The notes beneath the pieces are model-generated. The model was not told the origin of the DNA and searched no databases. It was given only the letters and a program-made list of their open reading frames with translations. Of a stretch of 64,000 bases of DNA, positions 19,296 through 29,892 are shown in pieces. The position numbers and the translations under genes are program-made. Each line of letters begins with the position of its first letter. The first letter of the stretch is position 1. This stretch comes from an uncultured virus (IMG/VR IMGVR_UViG_3300031885_002559) (lineage: Duplodnaviria > Heunggongvirae > Uroviricota > Caudoviricetes). The DNA lies in the IMG/VR virus record IMGVR_UViG_3300031885_002559. One strand, 5' to 3'.

Positions 19296-20219
19296 TTACG
19301 TCGGTTCTGCTGTTGGCGCACTGGTAGCCTGCGGCACGACAGCTTTGCGCCCATAGTGCGTACCGCGCTTCATGTAAATCTCAACCGGTGTGCCGGGGTT
19401 CAAACCCGTCAATGCGCGCTCAAGCGTCTTCGCATCACGGATGAAAATGTTGCCAATGCGCAGTACCCAGTCCTTAGCCTTGAAACCGGCCTCACCAAGA
19501 GGGCTCCCCTTCGTCACTTCAACCAGTTGAACGCCGTCTTGCCCGCCGCGCCCAATAGCGTCTACATTGTACGCACCGCCGAGCTGTACCGGAGACGCAA
19601 TGCCCGGACCTTGGATGTCTGCGCGAAAGCGCTGCTCCTCGTGCGGGTCAAGCTCCATGCGCGACTTGCCCGCGTGTGAATACCCGCGCTGTTTGAGCAT
19701 CCTGACACGCTCGTTTTCAGCCTGCTGCGCCTTTTTAGCCTGCTGGCGCTCGTCCTTGGCTTTGTCCGGCATTTCCAGCCGCAGCACAGTCCTGACGAGT
19801 CTCCGCACCCTATTGCCGGTCTCAGCAATCACAACCAGCGAACCGTTCGGCTTCAAGCCAAGCCAGTCCATGATGTCCTCGGCCACGTTTTTGTTCGGGT
19901 AAAAATCGGTGGTGTCCCCCGTAACGACCGTTGAAGCGTTATCCGACTTGCGGAAAACCAGATAGTTCTCCGGCTTCGCGTTGAACATGGCCACAAGCTC
20001 ATCGAACTGCTCCTTGGTGTGAAACTTGTGCCCACGAGAGGGCACGCCGGGACCAAAAGCAATGCCACGCCCAGCTTCCGGCTTGGCGTATACGACAGGT
20101 TCTTGGCGCTCATGCGGCTGGAAACCCCGCTCAGGCTTCCGGTGCCTGCGACCCATCGCGAAGTCGAACAGCTCGTCGTCTTCAAGCAGATGGGCGACCA
20201 CTTTTCTAGCGCTCGTCAC
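19296..20219 (-). CDS. PDZ-domain protein with VV.HLLE N-terminal motif
   Basis: GVQLVEVTKGSPLGEAGFKAKDWVLRIG...GTPVEIYMKRG is a PDZ pattern. Confidence 0.65.
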   Translation of the reverse strand: MTSARKVVAHLLEDDELFDFAMGRRHRKPERGFQPHERQEPVVYAKPEAGRGIAFGPGVPSRGHKFHTKEQFDELVAMFNAKPENYLVFRKSDNASTVVTGDTTDFYPNKNVAEDIMDWLGLKPNGSLVVIAETGNRVRRLVRTVLRLEMPDKAKDERQQAKKAQQAENERVRMLKQRGYSHAGKSRMELDPHEEQRFRADIQGPGIASPVQLGGAYNVDAIGRGGQDGVQLVEVTKGSPLGEAGFKAKDWVLRIGNIFIRDAKTLERALTGLNPGTPVEIYMKRGTHYGRKAVVPQATSAPTAEPT

Positions 20220-20244
20220 ACCGTAACTACCGTTCTAACTGAGC

Positions 20245-22188
20245 GTGATTGACCTGAAGATCAAAAGCGTGCTCTTACGGAACTGGGCCAAGTTCGGCGA
20301 AGCCCACATCCAGTTTCCCGAGTTTGGGCTGGTCATGGTTACCGGGCAGAACACCGCATCCGGCGGAAAGCTCCAGTCGGTTGGCTCCGGTAAGACCAGC
20401 TTTGGCGAAGCCATTTCGCGCACGGTGTTTGGGACCGGCGCGACGGCCCTTAAAGAGTACAGCACCAACGAACAGGGAGACACGTACGTCAAGGTCACTG
20501 CTTCCTACTTGGGCAAGGACTTGGTCGTGGAGACGGGCTACAAGTGCCCGGAGCTGAGCCCGACCGGCGAGGCCCTACGCTACACGTACGACGGTGAAAA
20601 GGTCGAGCGGGGCCTGATCGCCCAAACACGCACCGATCTGAACAAGCTCCTCGGCATCACCGCCACACTCGCCGAGTGGACTATCTTCGTAGACGGCGAC
20701 AACCTCAAGTTCAACAAGCTTTCACAGTCCGAATCCGTGGAACTCATCATGGCCGCGCTCAAGCAGCCTCCGTGGAGCGCCTACCATGACCGGGCCAAAG
20801 ACGCGCTCAGTAAGTTCAAGAAGACCGTCGCCAAGGAGGAGGGCAGCATCGACGCCAAGCACTCCACCGTCCACAACGCAAAGCAGGCCGTAGACGAAGC
20901 CCAGACCGAGCTAGAAGCGGCCCGCGAGCAGTTCAAGCGCGAGAAGGCAGAAGCCGCGAAAATCGTGGCAGACTTCCAGCGCCGAATCGACGAAAAGCGG
21001 GAGTCAGTCCGGGTAAGCGAGGCCCGCCTGAAGGCCATCGACATCGAGGGCAAGAAGCTGGAAGACGAAAAGGCCGCCGCCCACCACGCCTTGGAGATTG
21101 AGTACAACAAGGCCCGCGACTTCGTACGGGCGTGCGCTGGACAGCGCCGTCCGTTGCTGGAAGCACACCACGCTGCCAAAGCCATAACGACCAAGGCCAA
21201 AGAGGCGCACAACCTGTTGGTCAAGGTGCCGGTGAAGTGCCCCACCTGTGGAAAACCGTGGGATGAAAAGGTTGACCCGAAGGAGCTGGCGACGCGCAAG
21301 AGCACCCTTGACGCGGCCATTGCCGTAGAGAACAAAGCTCACAGCGCGTATACGGAAAATGAAACGCGCCACGCAGGCGCGGAGGCGCTCGTCGAGTCCG
21401 CCGAAGACAAGATGAACGCGCTGGGGGTCAAGTTCGACGCCACGCGGCTCACGACAGAGTTCCAGTCCATCCAGCGGCTTATTCCGCGCTACACGCAGGA
21501 AATCCACAGGCTCGAACTGGACGCGCAAGCGTACAGGAATCCATCGGACAGCATCGTTAAGACAGCAGAAGCCACCCTGAAAGAGCGCCAAAGCGTGCTG
21601 GCCAAAGCCCGGCAAGAACTCGACGAAGCTGGACGCTCGCTGGTTGAAGCGCGTGCCGCCCTCAAGGTCATCGACTACTGGACTCGGGCGTTCAGCCCGA
21701 CGGGCATACCCAACATGGTGCTGCGAGACTCCATCGGGCCGTTAAACCGGGAAGCCCGGCGGGTCTCCGCCGCGATGACCGGAAACACCATCGAAGTCCG
21801 CTACGCGACACGGCGGGCACTGGCCAGCGGCGATGAAAAGGCTGAGCTGCTGGTCGAGGTGGACAACAAGCTGGGAAGCAGCAAGCTCAAGCGCAACTCC
21901 AAGGGCGAAGGTGGCCTGACCAACTTCATCATCGCTGAAACACTGTCGTCCGTAGGGCAGGTCTCCAAGCGCATCGGATTCCGCTGGTACGACGAGGTGG
22001 TCCCCCACCAAGACCCAGTGGTCTGCCGCAGCATCTACGCCTACATGCACGAGGTCGCCCACAAGCTGGGCATTTTGATCTTCATGGTGGACCACAACCC
22101 CGTCGCCGCAAACTACGCCGACTATTTCCTTCAGATCGAGAAGAAGGGCACAGCCGAGGAGTGCGCTGCCGTAGCGCGCTGGGTCTAG
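20245..22188 (+). CDS. sbcC: SbcC/Rad50/gp46-like recombination ATPase
   Basis: Split Walker A (GQN...GSGKT), coiled coils, CPTCG zinc hook, variant signature NSKGE, Walker B WYDE, H-loop VDH. Confidence 0.9.
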   Translation: MIDLKIKSVLLRNWAKFGEAHIQFPEFGLVMVTGQNTASGGKLQSVGSGKTSFGEAISRTVFGTGATALKEYSTNEQGDTYVKVTASYLGKDLVVETGYKCPELSPTGEALRYTYDGEKVERGLIAQTRTDLNKLLGITATLAEWTIFVDGDNLKFNKLSQSESVELIMAALKQPPWSAYHDRAKDALSKFKKTVAKEEGSIDAKHSTVHNAKQAVDEAQTELEAAREQFKREKAEAAKIVADFQRRIDEKRESVRVSEARLKAIDIEGKKLEDEKAAAHHALEIEYNKARDFVRACAGQRRPLLEAHHAAKAITTKAKEAHNLLVKVPVKCPTCGKPWDEKVDPKELATRKSTLDAAIAVENKAHSAYTENETRHAGAEALVESAEDKMNALGVKFDATRLTTEFQSIQRLIPRYTQEIHRLELDAQAYRNPSDSIVKTAEATLKERQSVLAKARQELDEAGRSLVEARAALKVIDYWTRAFSPTGIPNMVLRDSIGPLNREARRVSAAMTGNTIEVRYATRRALASGDEKAELLVEVDNKLGSSKLKRNSKGEGGLTNFIIAETLSSVGQVSKRIGFRWYDEVVPHQDPVVCRSIYAYMHEVAHKLGILIFMVDHNPVAANYADYFLQIEKKGTAEECAAVARWV

Positions 22189-23033
22189 TCGTCCAAGCCC
22201 TTGTAGTCGGCCATCTGGACAAGGCTGCGCGTGAAATAGAGCTTCTGCCTCACGTCGTTCGCGAACGCCTGCGGCTGTCTCTGCACTATTTTCGTATCTA
22301 CTGGATTCTGATGACCGGGCCGGTGGACGAACGTGAACGAGTACTCAGCCTGCGTGGGGAGGTTGAAGGCCAACTCGGGGCCGCGCAGCCACGGCCCTTG
22401 AAGCTTGGCGCTCACTTCATCGACGTAGCCCCGACAAACGATGCCGGGGCTGTTTTCGTCGATGTACATGAGTTCAAGCTGGCACACGACCGGATTGTAA
22501 ATGTGCTCCGCCCCAACCACAGAGGCAACGTCAATGCCGTCGAACGAGTTGTTTGCATTCTGCGCATCTTTTTCCTTTTGGCTATCATCAGTAGCTGCTG
22601 GAAAATCCCGGCCTATCTTAGCCCCGAAAAAAATCTCCTCGTTTCCGGTCTTGATCGGAAGGATGAACGAGTGGAGCCGGGCCGCAATCTTCAACAGGGT
22701 CAGCGCGCCTTCAGTACAGTAGGCCGTATCGGCGTAATGCAGCTTGAACGAAACCGGAATCTTCAGCACGCTTGTATGCTTGTACTGGTGTATACCGTCA
22801 GGCATTACCTGATTTGGGTGAACGTTGTACTCAGCGCGCCGGGCCAATTCAATAACATCAGGCATCGCCGGAAAGTCGATGCAGGTTGAAAGCAGCAGCG
22901 CATTCTGAACCTTGGGATTGCGCGGGTCGTACACAGGGTCATAGTTCTTCAGCACGTGGGAACGGCTAGGCAGCGCCAAGAGCCTTCCGTTCATCCGGCT
23001 TGAATCCCGCGAGATAATTGGGTCGTCCTGCAT
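22185..23033 (-). CDS. Putative baseplate/tube-associated protein
   Basis: Downstream of the tape measure gene; PVVCQL...CRGYVDEVS...GPW...LPTQAEYSFTF pattern. Confidence 0.5.
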   Translation of the reverse strand: MQDDPIISRDSSRMNGRLLALPSRSHVLKNYDPVYDPRNPKVQNALLLSTCIDFPAMPDVIELARRAEYNVHPNQVMPDGIHQYKHTSVLKIPVSFKLHYADTAYCTEGALTLLKIAARLHSFILPIKTGNEEIFFGAKIGRDFPAATDDSQKEKDAQNANNSFDGIDVASVVGAEHIYNPVVCQLELMYIDENSPGIVCRGYVDEVSAKLQGPWLRGPELAFNLPTQAEYSFTFVHRPGHQNPVDTKIVQRQPQAFANDVRQKLYFTRSLVQMADYKGLDD

Positions 23034-23050
23034 AGGCTAGTATGACGGTT

Positions 23051-25285
23051 TTACCGCACGGACGGAAAAGGCACAAACGAGGCCGCTGGCCAAAAAGTAG
23101 CCGCATTCAACAAGATGTTCGGAACCGTCATCGCTTCGTTGGCCAACCTGCGTTCCGACGATTCTCGGGCCTGAGTCACCTTCGCCCAGTTGCGCGTGTC
23201 TTTGTTTTCGCGGACCTGCTGCGCACCCACGTCCTTCAGCGTGTCGCTGAACTTATCAAAGGCCAAAGCTTCCTTGGGCGGTCCTTCCGCGTAGCTGATA
23301 CCTGCCAACGCCTTCATGTACGAGGTCTGGTCCACCATAGGCTGCACTTCCCGCATGACTGCTGCGTGCGCCGCCTCATACGTTATCATCGGGTTGGCCT
23401 TCAAGCGGGAGTCCACCATGCTGTTGATGACCCGCGTGGTCTCAGTCACGTCCGCTTTGGCAAGGGCTCTCGCCAAAAGCACATCCTGTGTCTGGCGCAG
23501 GCGTATCTGAACTGAGCGATTTTGCTTTTCGGTCTGGTTTTGCAGGTCAATAGCCTCGCTCATCTTCCTGCCGTACCAGTACATGAGGCCGAGCAGGGTG
23601 ACGATAGCCGCCAGTGGCGCGGCGACAGCGGCAATCGCGCCCCAACCGCCTGCCCCTGCAACGAGACCTGCTCCGCCCGCACGTATACCGGCCAACCCAG
23701 CGCGTATACCGGCCAACGTTATTGGCGCGTTGAGCGTAGCCCAAAGGCTTCGCATCGCAAGTGTCGCACGCACCGCAGCCCCGGAAGTAAGACTCGCAGT
23801 GAGCGCCAAGTCATACAAAGCCGGGACAAGACGCGTCAGTATAGACGCAGTCGTCACAGCCATGACCACGCCCACCGCCACGGTCACTGTAAACAAGACA
23901 TCCTTGTTCCGGTTCAAGTAGGCCAGCCCGTCAGCAAACTGACCAACCAACCAGTTCAACCCGGCAATAACCGGGTAGAGAACTCGCTGGGCAATAGCCC
24001 ACAGTTCGTTGCCCAAGCGCTTCCAGCCTGCACCCAGCGCCACCGTCTGCTGGTTGAAACGCTCCTGAATCGTGATGCCTTCAAGCTGCTTGCGGTTGTT
24101 GTCCTCAACCACTTTACCGAGTATGTTCAGAGTCTTGGCGCTAAGGTTGAGAACCTGCGAAAGCCCTTCTAGCTGTGCTTGGCGCTGCCAGCCACCTACG
24201 TTCTTTGTCCACTGGTTGGCCATTGCACCCATGCGCTCAATAGCTGCCTCCGTCTGACCTGCATCCGCCAGAAACTCAGGACTGCCGATGCCAAGCATTC
24301 CAGCTCCCGGCATACCTTCGATGGTGGTATACTTGGTCAGGGCCTGCGTAAGCTCACCCGATGCGCCGCCAAGCCCCTTGATCGCACTTTCGTACTTGGC
24401 AACCACACCGACCACCTCATCCACTTTTCCGCCGATACCTTCGCGCAGCGCACCGACCGCCGACATGATGTGCTCCGCCATGCGGCCTGCCTCGTCCGCC
24501 GCAAGCGCCGTCTCGTTGACGATGGTCGCCATCGTATTCGCCATCCGCTCGACGCTGCCGCCGAGCTGCCGCTCAAAGATCACCGCCAGCCGGGCTCCCA
24601 GATCGGTGGACAGGCCGATGGCCGTCTTCATCTGGGCAACAAAGCGCAGGTTTCGCTCCCACGACTTCTCGTTGTCCATTCCGTAGTGGACCAACGAGCG
24701 CGCCGCCTCCGTAGCCGCCTCGAACTCGACGCCGGTTCCGGCGACCAAGTTCAAAGTGTCGTACATCAGGTCATAGCGGTGGCCAAACGATGAGTTGGCC
24801 TCGATCAAGTCCTGCTGGAGCTTCGAGTTGTACGCATGAAGCTGCTTCAGCGCGCTGAGTTCAGCGAGCATTATGCTGATCCGAATGTTGCCGACTTTGG
24901 CGAACTTCTCATTGATGCGAAGCTGATCGGTGTAGAGCCCGAGCTGCGCTTTCAGCCCGGCAGCTTCCTCCTCGTGCCCCTTTCTGATTTTGCCGGTTCT
25001 TGTCGTGATCTCGGCCAGACTATTCTTGGCCAATTCCTGCAACGCCTTGATTTCACCAGCGCTGTACCTGAGACCGCTGGCAAGACGCTCAAAAGCCCGG
25101 CCAAAAGGAGAAGCCTCCCAGATCAAACTCAGGGTCTTGCTAGCAACGTTGGCACTCAGCATCCCAGTCAGCACGCGCCCGAGGCTCAAGCTCGCCTGTG
25201 ACGCGCTGTTGTGGACGCTGGTCAGCGAGTTGGCCATGCCCTGAGCCGCCTGCCCCAGACGATCAATGTTGGTCGTGTCAGCCAT
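23051..25285 (-). CDS. Tape measure protein
   Basis: 744 aa, Ala/Gly/Leu-rich and helical, with central hydrophobic segments. Confidence 0.75.
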   Translation of the reverse strand: MADTTNIDRLGQAAQGMANSLTSVHNSASQASLSLGRVLTGMLSANVASKTLSLIWEASPFGRAFERLASGLRYSAGEIKALQELAKNSLAEITTRTGKIRKGHEEEAAGLKAQLGLYTDQLRINEKFAKVGNIRISIMLAELSALKQLHAYNSKLQQDLIEANSSFGHRYDLMYDTLNLVAGTGVEFEAATEAARSLVHYGMDNEKSWERNLRFVAQMKTAIGLSTDLGARLAVIFERQLGGSVERMANTMATIVNETALAADEAGRMAEHIMSAVGALREGIGGKVDEVVGVVAKYESAIKGLGGASGELTQALTKYTTIEGMPGAGMLGIGSPEFLADAGQTEAAIERMGAMANQWTKNVGGWQRQAQLEGLSQVLNLSAKTLNILGKVVEDNNRKQLEGITIQERFNQQTVALGAGWKRLGNELWAIAQRVLYPVIAGLNWLVGQFADGLAYLNRNKDVLFTVTVAVGVVMAVTTASILTRLVPALYDLALTASLTSGAAVRATLAMRSLWATLNAPITLAGIRAGLAGIRAGGAGLVAGAGGWGAIAAVAAPLAAIVTLLGLMYWYGRKMSEAIDLQNQTEKQNRSVQIRLRQTQDVLLARALAKADVTETTRVINSMVDSRLKANPMITYEAAHAAVMREVQPMVDQTSYMKALAGISYAEGPPKEALAFDKFSDTLKDVGAQQVRENKDTRNWAKVTQARESSERRLANEAMTVPNILLNAATFWPAASFVPFPSVR

Positions 25286-25496
25286 TTAGCATCCTGTCTA
25301 CGACTTGCGCCGCCTCGTGCACCCCGGCGTCCTTGTTCCCAAAGCCTTTCTTCCGGTCGCGCTGATTCGTCACGGCAGCCACCATGTCGATGAACATTTG
25401 CGGCTTGCGCCCGGACATCGCATCACGGCTCGTCATCCGGGCGTACTTCTTCGCTTCCGGCGGGAGCGGCAGCTTTCCAATGTCGTCGCGCATCAA
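25278..25496 (-). CDS. Hypothetical protein
   Basis: Short ORF overlapping the tape measure start. Confidence 0.45.
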   Translation of the reverse strand: MMRDDIGKLPLPPEAKKYARMTSRDAMSGRKPQMFIDMVAAVTNQRDRKKGFGNKDAGVHEAAQVVDRMLNG

Positions 25497-25647
25497 GTTC
25501 GTTGGTCAATGGTTTGGTGGTTGCCCTGCCCCGGCACCAACCGAGGCAGGGCTCCCTATGACCACTCAACCCCACCACACCAATGGCGGGCACTTTAACT
25601 ACTCAGCCACCTCGAAGAGCCCCAAAAAGAAAATCGACCTTTGCTGT

Positions 25648-25676
25648 TGACAGCTACCGCGACAGGGTATACGGTA
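25648..25676 (+). promoter_or_regulatory. Sigma70-like early promoter
   Basis: TTGACA-N17-TACGGT upstream of the DUF932-like gene; the -10 region overlaps GTATAC. Confidence 0.6.
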
Positions 25677-25738
25677 TCGCACGTAAACCGGGTTCGGGAA
25701 CGAACTCTGAAGCCAACAACAACAAAAACACAGACACC

Positions 25739-26527
25739 ATGAAAGAACTCAACCTCTGTTTGCACGCGGGCGGCTACAAGACTGATCTCGCAACCGTGGA
25801 GCGCGTCGTCACCCCGGCTCCCGTCAACCGCTGGCACCCCATCGCCCACATCGACCTCCACCACTGCGTCGAGCAGGCCGTCACCGCCCTCAACTTGCGG
25901 ATCGTCGCCCAGCTCCACGCGCTGGCTCGCGGCGGCGACCACTACTTCGGGCTCTACCAGTTGGCCAACGGCCACAACAACGACGACATGGGCCTCGTCC
26001 TCGGCACCCGGAACAGCCACGACAAGACGTTCGTGGCGGGCGTAGCGGCAGGCGACGGCGTATTCGCCTGTGACAACCTCTCCTTCTGGTCGGAGGTCGT
26101 GCTGGGCCGGATGCACACCACGAACATCGTCCGCGACCTGCCGGGGGTCTGCAACAAGGCGGTCGGCCTCTTGGCTGAAAAGTGGACCAGCATGGGCGAC
26201 CGGGTTGCCGCGTACAAGCAGCACCTGTTGACCGACGAGCGCACCCACGACTTCGTGATCCGCGCCACCGACGCCGGGGCCATCGTGCCGCGCAGCATCC
26301 CCACCGTCCTCAAGGAATGGCGGACCCCGTCGCACGCCGAGTTCTCCACCGACGGCAAGAGCGCGTGGCGCTTGCGCAACGCCTTCACCGAGTCCTTCAA
26401 GGACATCGAGAACCCGCTGGTCCTCACCCGCCGTAGCCAGATTCTGAACGGCCTGCTCGATGTCGAGTGCGGCCTGCTGGCGAAGGACAAAGTCATCGAC
26501 GTGGCCACCACCGTCACCCAGAACTAG
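25739..26527 (+). CDS. DUF932/DUF945-like phage protein
   Basis: RNSHDKT, VFACDNL, SAWRLRNAFTE motifs. Confidence 0.8.
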   Translation: MKELNLCLHAGGYKTDLATVERVVTPAPVNRWHPIAHIDLHHCVEQAVTALNLRIVAQLHALARGGDHYFGLYQLANGHNNDDMGLVLGTRNSHDKTFVAGVAAGDGVFACDNLSFWSEVVLGRMHTTNIVRDLPGVCNKAVGLLAEKWTSMGDRVAAYKQHLLTDERTHDFVIRATDAGAIVPRSIPTVLKEWRTPSHAEFSTDGKSAWRLRNAFTESFKDIENPLVLTRRSQILNGLLDVECGLLAKDKVIDVATTVTQN

Positions 26528-26536
26528 CCGGTCACT

Positions 26537-26558
26537 GGGGGCCGGGCAACCGGCCCCC
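26537..26558 (+). terminator. GC-rich hairpin after the DUF932-like gene
   Basis: GGGGGCCGG-GCAA-CCGGCCCCC; no strong U-tract. Confidence 0.4.
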
Positions 26559-26587
26559 TGCCAAAAGCAAACCGTATACGCAAATCT

Positions 26588-27067
26588 ATGCTCTTCATTC
26601 TTTTCGGTTTCATAGGGGTATACTGCCTGCCCCTTGCGATTGCGTCTTGGGGCACCGTCCACAGAGAGCAGCAGGAGGAGTACATGAAAAAGCTCAGGTG
26701 CGATCCTGCTGTACGCAAAGAGGCCGCGAAAACGCCACATGGTCGTGCCCTGATTGCAGCCATAGACGCGAAAGACGCGACCGAAAAGAAAGAACGGATT
26801 GCCCGGTACCTAGAGGGACTGAAAGAGGAACGCCGAGAACTTCGGCAAGAACACCACAAGGCGGGCAGAGAACGACGGGCGAAGCGCGCTGCTGCCGGTC
26901 TCACTCCGCTGCCGCCCAAAGACCGCCGACACGAGGTCTCGCTGGCATGGCGCGCCGAGCGCCAGAACCAGAAAGAAGCGTGGAAGGACTACAGAAAGTG
27001 CCGCACATCTGGAGACTACGCTGCATGGCGCGCCCGTCATCCTGAAATCAAGCTGGGATACCTGTGA
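26588..27067 (+). CDS. Hypothetical membrane-anchored basic protein
   Basis: N-terminal hydrophobic helix followed by a charged coiled region. Confidence 0.5.
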   Translation: MLFILFGFIGVYCLPLAIASWGTVHREQQEEYMKKLRCDPAVRKEAAKTPHGRALIAAIDAKDATEKKERIARYLEGLKEERRELRQEHHKAGRERRAKRAAAGLTPLPPKDRRHEVSLAWRAERQNQKEAWKDYRKCRTSGDYAAWRARHPEIKLGYL

Positions 27068-27387
27068 AAGACAAAATCCACAACCTCACGGCCAAGCCGA
27101 TCACCGAGTTCACTCGCCGCGATACCGTATACGCAAATCGGAACATCAGGGGCTTCATGTACACGGTGCTGGGCAAGTTCGTGAAGTTCGAGCGCGGATG
27201 CGTGACCGTCAAAGGCAAGTTCATCAGCCCCGAATGGGCCGACGCTCGCGAGTTTGGAGGCACGACACGAGAGGGTGACGCTACGATCACCGTGAAGCTG
27301 ACGAAGTGCTACCTCTGGGGCCAAGGCCCGGAGGACGTGTGGCCCCGGTGCCACTGGTTCAAGACCTGTTCTAAGACCGCAGACTGA
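27064..27387 (+). CDS. Hypothetical protein
   Basis: Coupled GTGA/TGATG overlaps with its neighbours. Confidence 0.55.
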   Translation: MKDKIHNLTAKPITEFTRRDTVYANRNIRGFMYTVLGKFVKFERGCVTVKGKFISPEWADAREFGGTTREGDATITVKLTKCYLWGQGPEDVWPRCHWFKTCSKTAD

Positions 27388-27608
27388 TGGCTCAAGAACT
27401 TCCAGCCTCTGCGCCTGCGCCGATGCCCGTCGAGATCACGGAGGTCTCGTACGGCAAGACGATCCCGCTGCGCCAGTACGAGAACGTCAGGATCGACCTG
27501 AAGGCCAAAGTGAAGCCCGGCCAGAGCTGGCGGCAGGTCTTGGAAACGCTGCGAGTTCACGTCGCCCGCGAAGAGCAGCGTGAACTCGCCAAGCTGGAGA
27601 ACGGCTAG
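27387..27608 (+). CDS. Small hypothetical protein
   Basis: VSYGKTIPLRQYENVRIDL pattern seen in small phage proteins. Confidence 0.55.
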   Translation: MAQELPASAPAPMPVEITEVSYGKTIPLRQYENVRIDLKAKVKPGQSWRQVLETLRVHVAREEQRELAKLENG

Positions 27609-27612
27609 CCGA

Positions 27613-27846
27613 TCAGGTGTTGTTGATGCTGCGCGGCTGACCGGCGGCGTTCGGGCCGATGTTGTTCCGGGCCACACCCGCAGCGTTCAACCCAACACGG
27701 AGGTTCGCGCTCTTGAGCGCACCGTCGGTGGCCAGACCTTTGGCACTGGCCGCTACGAGAGTCGCCTGAGTGGAAGCGCGGCCACTCCCCGCCGCGTTGT
27801 TGCCGTTGTCGTACCGAGCGTTCGGATCGTAGTTCTTGTCTGCCAT
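27613..27846 (-). CDS. Small Ala/Asn/Gly-rich protein, probably virion-associated
   Basis: Preceded by the TAGTTA motif. Confidence 0.5.
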   Translation of the reverse strand: MADKNYDPNARYDNGNNAAGSGRASTQATLVAASAKGLATDGALKSANLRVGLNAAGVARNNIGPNAAGQPRSINNT

Positions 27847-27877
27847 AAATCGTTCAGTTGTTGACTGCTCCCCCTAA

Positions 27878-28567
27878 CTACGCGGTCTTCCCGACACGTT
27901 TGGCCAGCTCGCCCAAGGCGTGCAGAAGCTCAGCCTCGCTGGAAACCAAAAACCGGCTATCCGGGTCGTAGTGCCCTATGACCTCTAGCTCCACACTGCC
28001 CTTGCCCGGCTCCGGCACGTTCTTGTGAACCGTGGCGTATACGCGCCAGATACGTCGGCTATTCGGCGTCCAGTCCAGCAGGATGTCACGCCGATCCAAA
28101 GGCCGGTCAAATTGACCAACCGTAAACACGTACTTGAACCCAAAGTCTTTCAGAATGCGGAGGAAGGCCACGTGCGGAAAGGCGTACTCCTTCGGGTTGA
28201 ACTCGAAGTCGTCTTCGTCCTCGTCTTCCAGCAGCGACTCGCCGAGCACAAACCGGACAGGAATGGTGTCGAGCCCCAGTTTGTAGGCCGCCCAGACCCG
28301 ATGATGGCCGTTGCGCATGACGAGACGCCCGTTCCAGTCCTCGACCTGCACCGGCTGGCGTATACCTTTCTTGCGGATCGAGTCCAGAAACTTGTCCCAG
28401 TACGCCGGGTCCAACTGGTAGTGATTGCGCTCGATGTAGGCGAAGATGTCCGGCCACGTCCGCAGGCCGTAGTCCACCGGCTCGATCTCGGCGTACACGC
28501 GCTGGATTGGAACGCGCTCGACGCGCACCTCCTCCAGCAAAGCCTGCACGACACCCTGCGCGCTCAT
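27878..28567 (-). CDS. ParB/Srx-like N-terminal domain protein
   Basis: SIRKKGIRQPVQV...MRNGHHRVWAAYKLG..IPV. Confidence 0.75.
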   Translation of the reverse strand: MSAQGVVQALLEEVRVERVPIQRVYAEIEPVDYGLRTWPDIFAYIERNHYQLDPAYWDKFLDSIRKKGIRQPVQVEDWNGRLVMRNGHHRVWAAYKLGLDTIPVRFVLGESLLEDEDEDDFEFNPKEYAFPHVAFLRILKDFGFKYVFTVGQFDRPLDRRDILLDWTPNSRRIWRVYATVHKNVPEPGKGSVELEVIGHYDPDSRFLVSSEAELLHALGELAKRVGKTA

Positions 28568-29043
28568 AGGGTCGATCCACAGCCTCCAGCGCCGGGGCTG
28601 CCCCCAGAGCCACCGCAGCATCCTCCGCCGCCTCCTGAGCCCCCTGTGGAGCCGCCGCTGGTGCCTCCTGTGCTCCCTCCAGCTCCACCGCCGCCTGAAT
28701 TGTTGCCGATGCCCCCACCGCCCGGTGCCGGGCCGCTGGACGATGCGCCGCCGGGCTGCGGGCCGCCGGTCGGTGCTGCGAAGTTGTGCCCGTACTGCTG
28801 CGAGGGCGTCAGCGTGCCCTCTGGGATCGTGATGATTGCCTCGACCTGCGGCTGGTTGTTCGGAAACGTCGAGCCTGCCGCGCCGGGACCGGTGGCCGGA
28901 ATCATGACGGGAACGTTGTTAGCGCCCTGTGACACGGACATGTGCGCGAAGTAGTACGGGTCGTACTTGTACTGCACAACCGTTCGCGTGCGCCGAGGAA
29001 AAGCGCCGACTCGGGCTAGCTCTGGAGGCGTTGGTGTAGCCAC
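28564..29043 (-). CDS. Gly-rich hypothetical protein
   Basis: Poly-Gly C-terminus; preceded by GTAGCTA, a variant of the late motif. Confidence 0.5.
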   Translation of the reverse strand: MATPTPPELARVGAFPRRTRTVVQYKYDPYYFAHMSVSQGANNVPVMIPATGPGAAGSTFPNNQPQVEAIITIPEGTLTPSQQYGHNFAAPTGGPQPGGASSSGPAPGGGGIGNNSGGGGAGGSTGGTSGGSTGGSGGGGGCCGGSGGSPGAGGCGSTL

Positions 29044-29201
29044 GCTCTAGCTACAGTGTCAAAAAAGCGTGATTTTCTTGTTGCGCTTTATTGGGGTACG
29101 CGTATACGTAGCCACGAACGTCCGACCTTCACTGGTAGCCCGAGCGCCAAATCCGCTCTTAAAGCATCACGACTGTCTGACACAACCGAAAGTAAACCTG
29201 C

Positions 29202-29885
29202 ATGAGTAGTAACCTCGTTGGAGACGTAATCACCCTAACCCTCGCTGGCATCCGACCGTTTCTGTTTGCCAACGGACAATCCGCTGATCCTCTCGGCCCG
29301 TACTGGGAGAAGATTCAAGTGCTGCGCAGCAAGCGGAAGAAAACCCGAGCTGACTATGAGGCGCTGGAAGACCTCATGTGGTACAGCCAGCTCTACATCA
29401 ACGCCAAGGGACAACTGATTGTCCCCGCCATGAACGTATACGAGTCCATCCGCAAGGGTGCCTCGAAGTTCCGCATGGGCGAGGCGTTCAAGAGCGGCCT
29501 CTTCGTCGAAACCGATGACGAGGGCAGCGAGGGCTTCGTCATCGAGTACGAAGGCCCCAAAGACCCGAAGAAGATGCGCGCTGATCCGTGCTTCACGTTC
29601 CGCCGCATGACCCCGACCTCAACCGGTCAGCGCACACCCGTCGTCTACCCGATGATCAGCGGGTGGAAACTCCGCGTCAAGATCAACACCGATCCTTCGG
29701 TTCTTAACCCCAAAGACGTAATCCGCGCCTGCGTGCTGGCCGGGCGCTACGTGGCCATCGGCGGCCATCGGCCTCAGTTCGGGCGGTACCTCTGCGAGGA
29801 CGTTATGGTGAATGGAGAACCGGTCGCTATGGACGACGCCGCGACGCCCGAGCAGCCGAAGAGCCAGCCGAAGAGCAAGAAGTGA
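29202..29885 (+). CDS. Cas7/RAMP-like protein
   Basis: N-terminal strand ITLTLAGIRPFLF, IVPAMNVYESIRKGA helix, PMISGWKLRVKI strand and Gly-rich loop AGRYVAIGGHRPQFGRY match RAMP/Cas7 architecture; a repeat array follows. Confidence 0.7.
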   Translation: MSSNLVGDVITLTLAGIRPFLFANGQSADPLGPYWEKIQVLRSKRKKTRADYEALEDLMWYSQLYINAKGQLIVPAMNVYESIRKGASKFRMGEAFKSGLFVETDDEGSEGFVIEYEGPKDPKKMRADPCFTFRRMTPTSTGQRTPVVYPMISGWKLRVKINTDPSVLNPKDVIRACVLAGRYVAIGGHRPQFGRYLCEDVMVNGEPVAMDDAATPEQPKSQPKSKK

Positions 29886-29892
29886 GAAAACA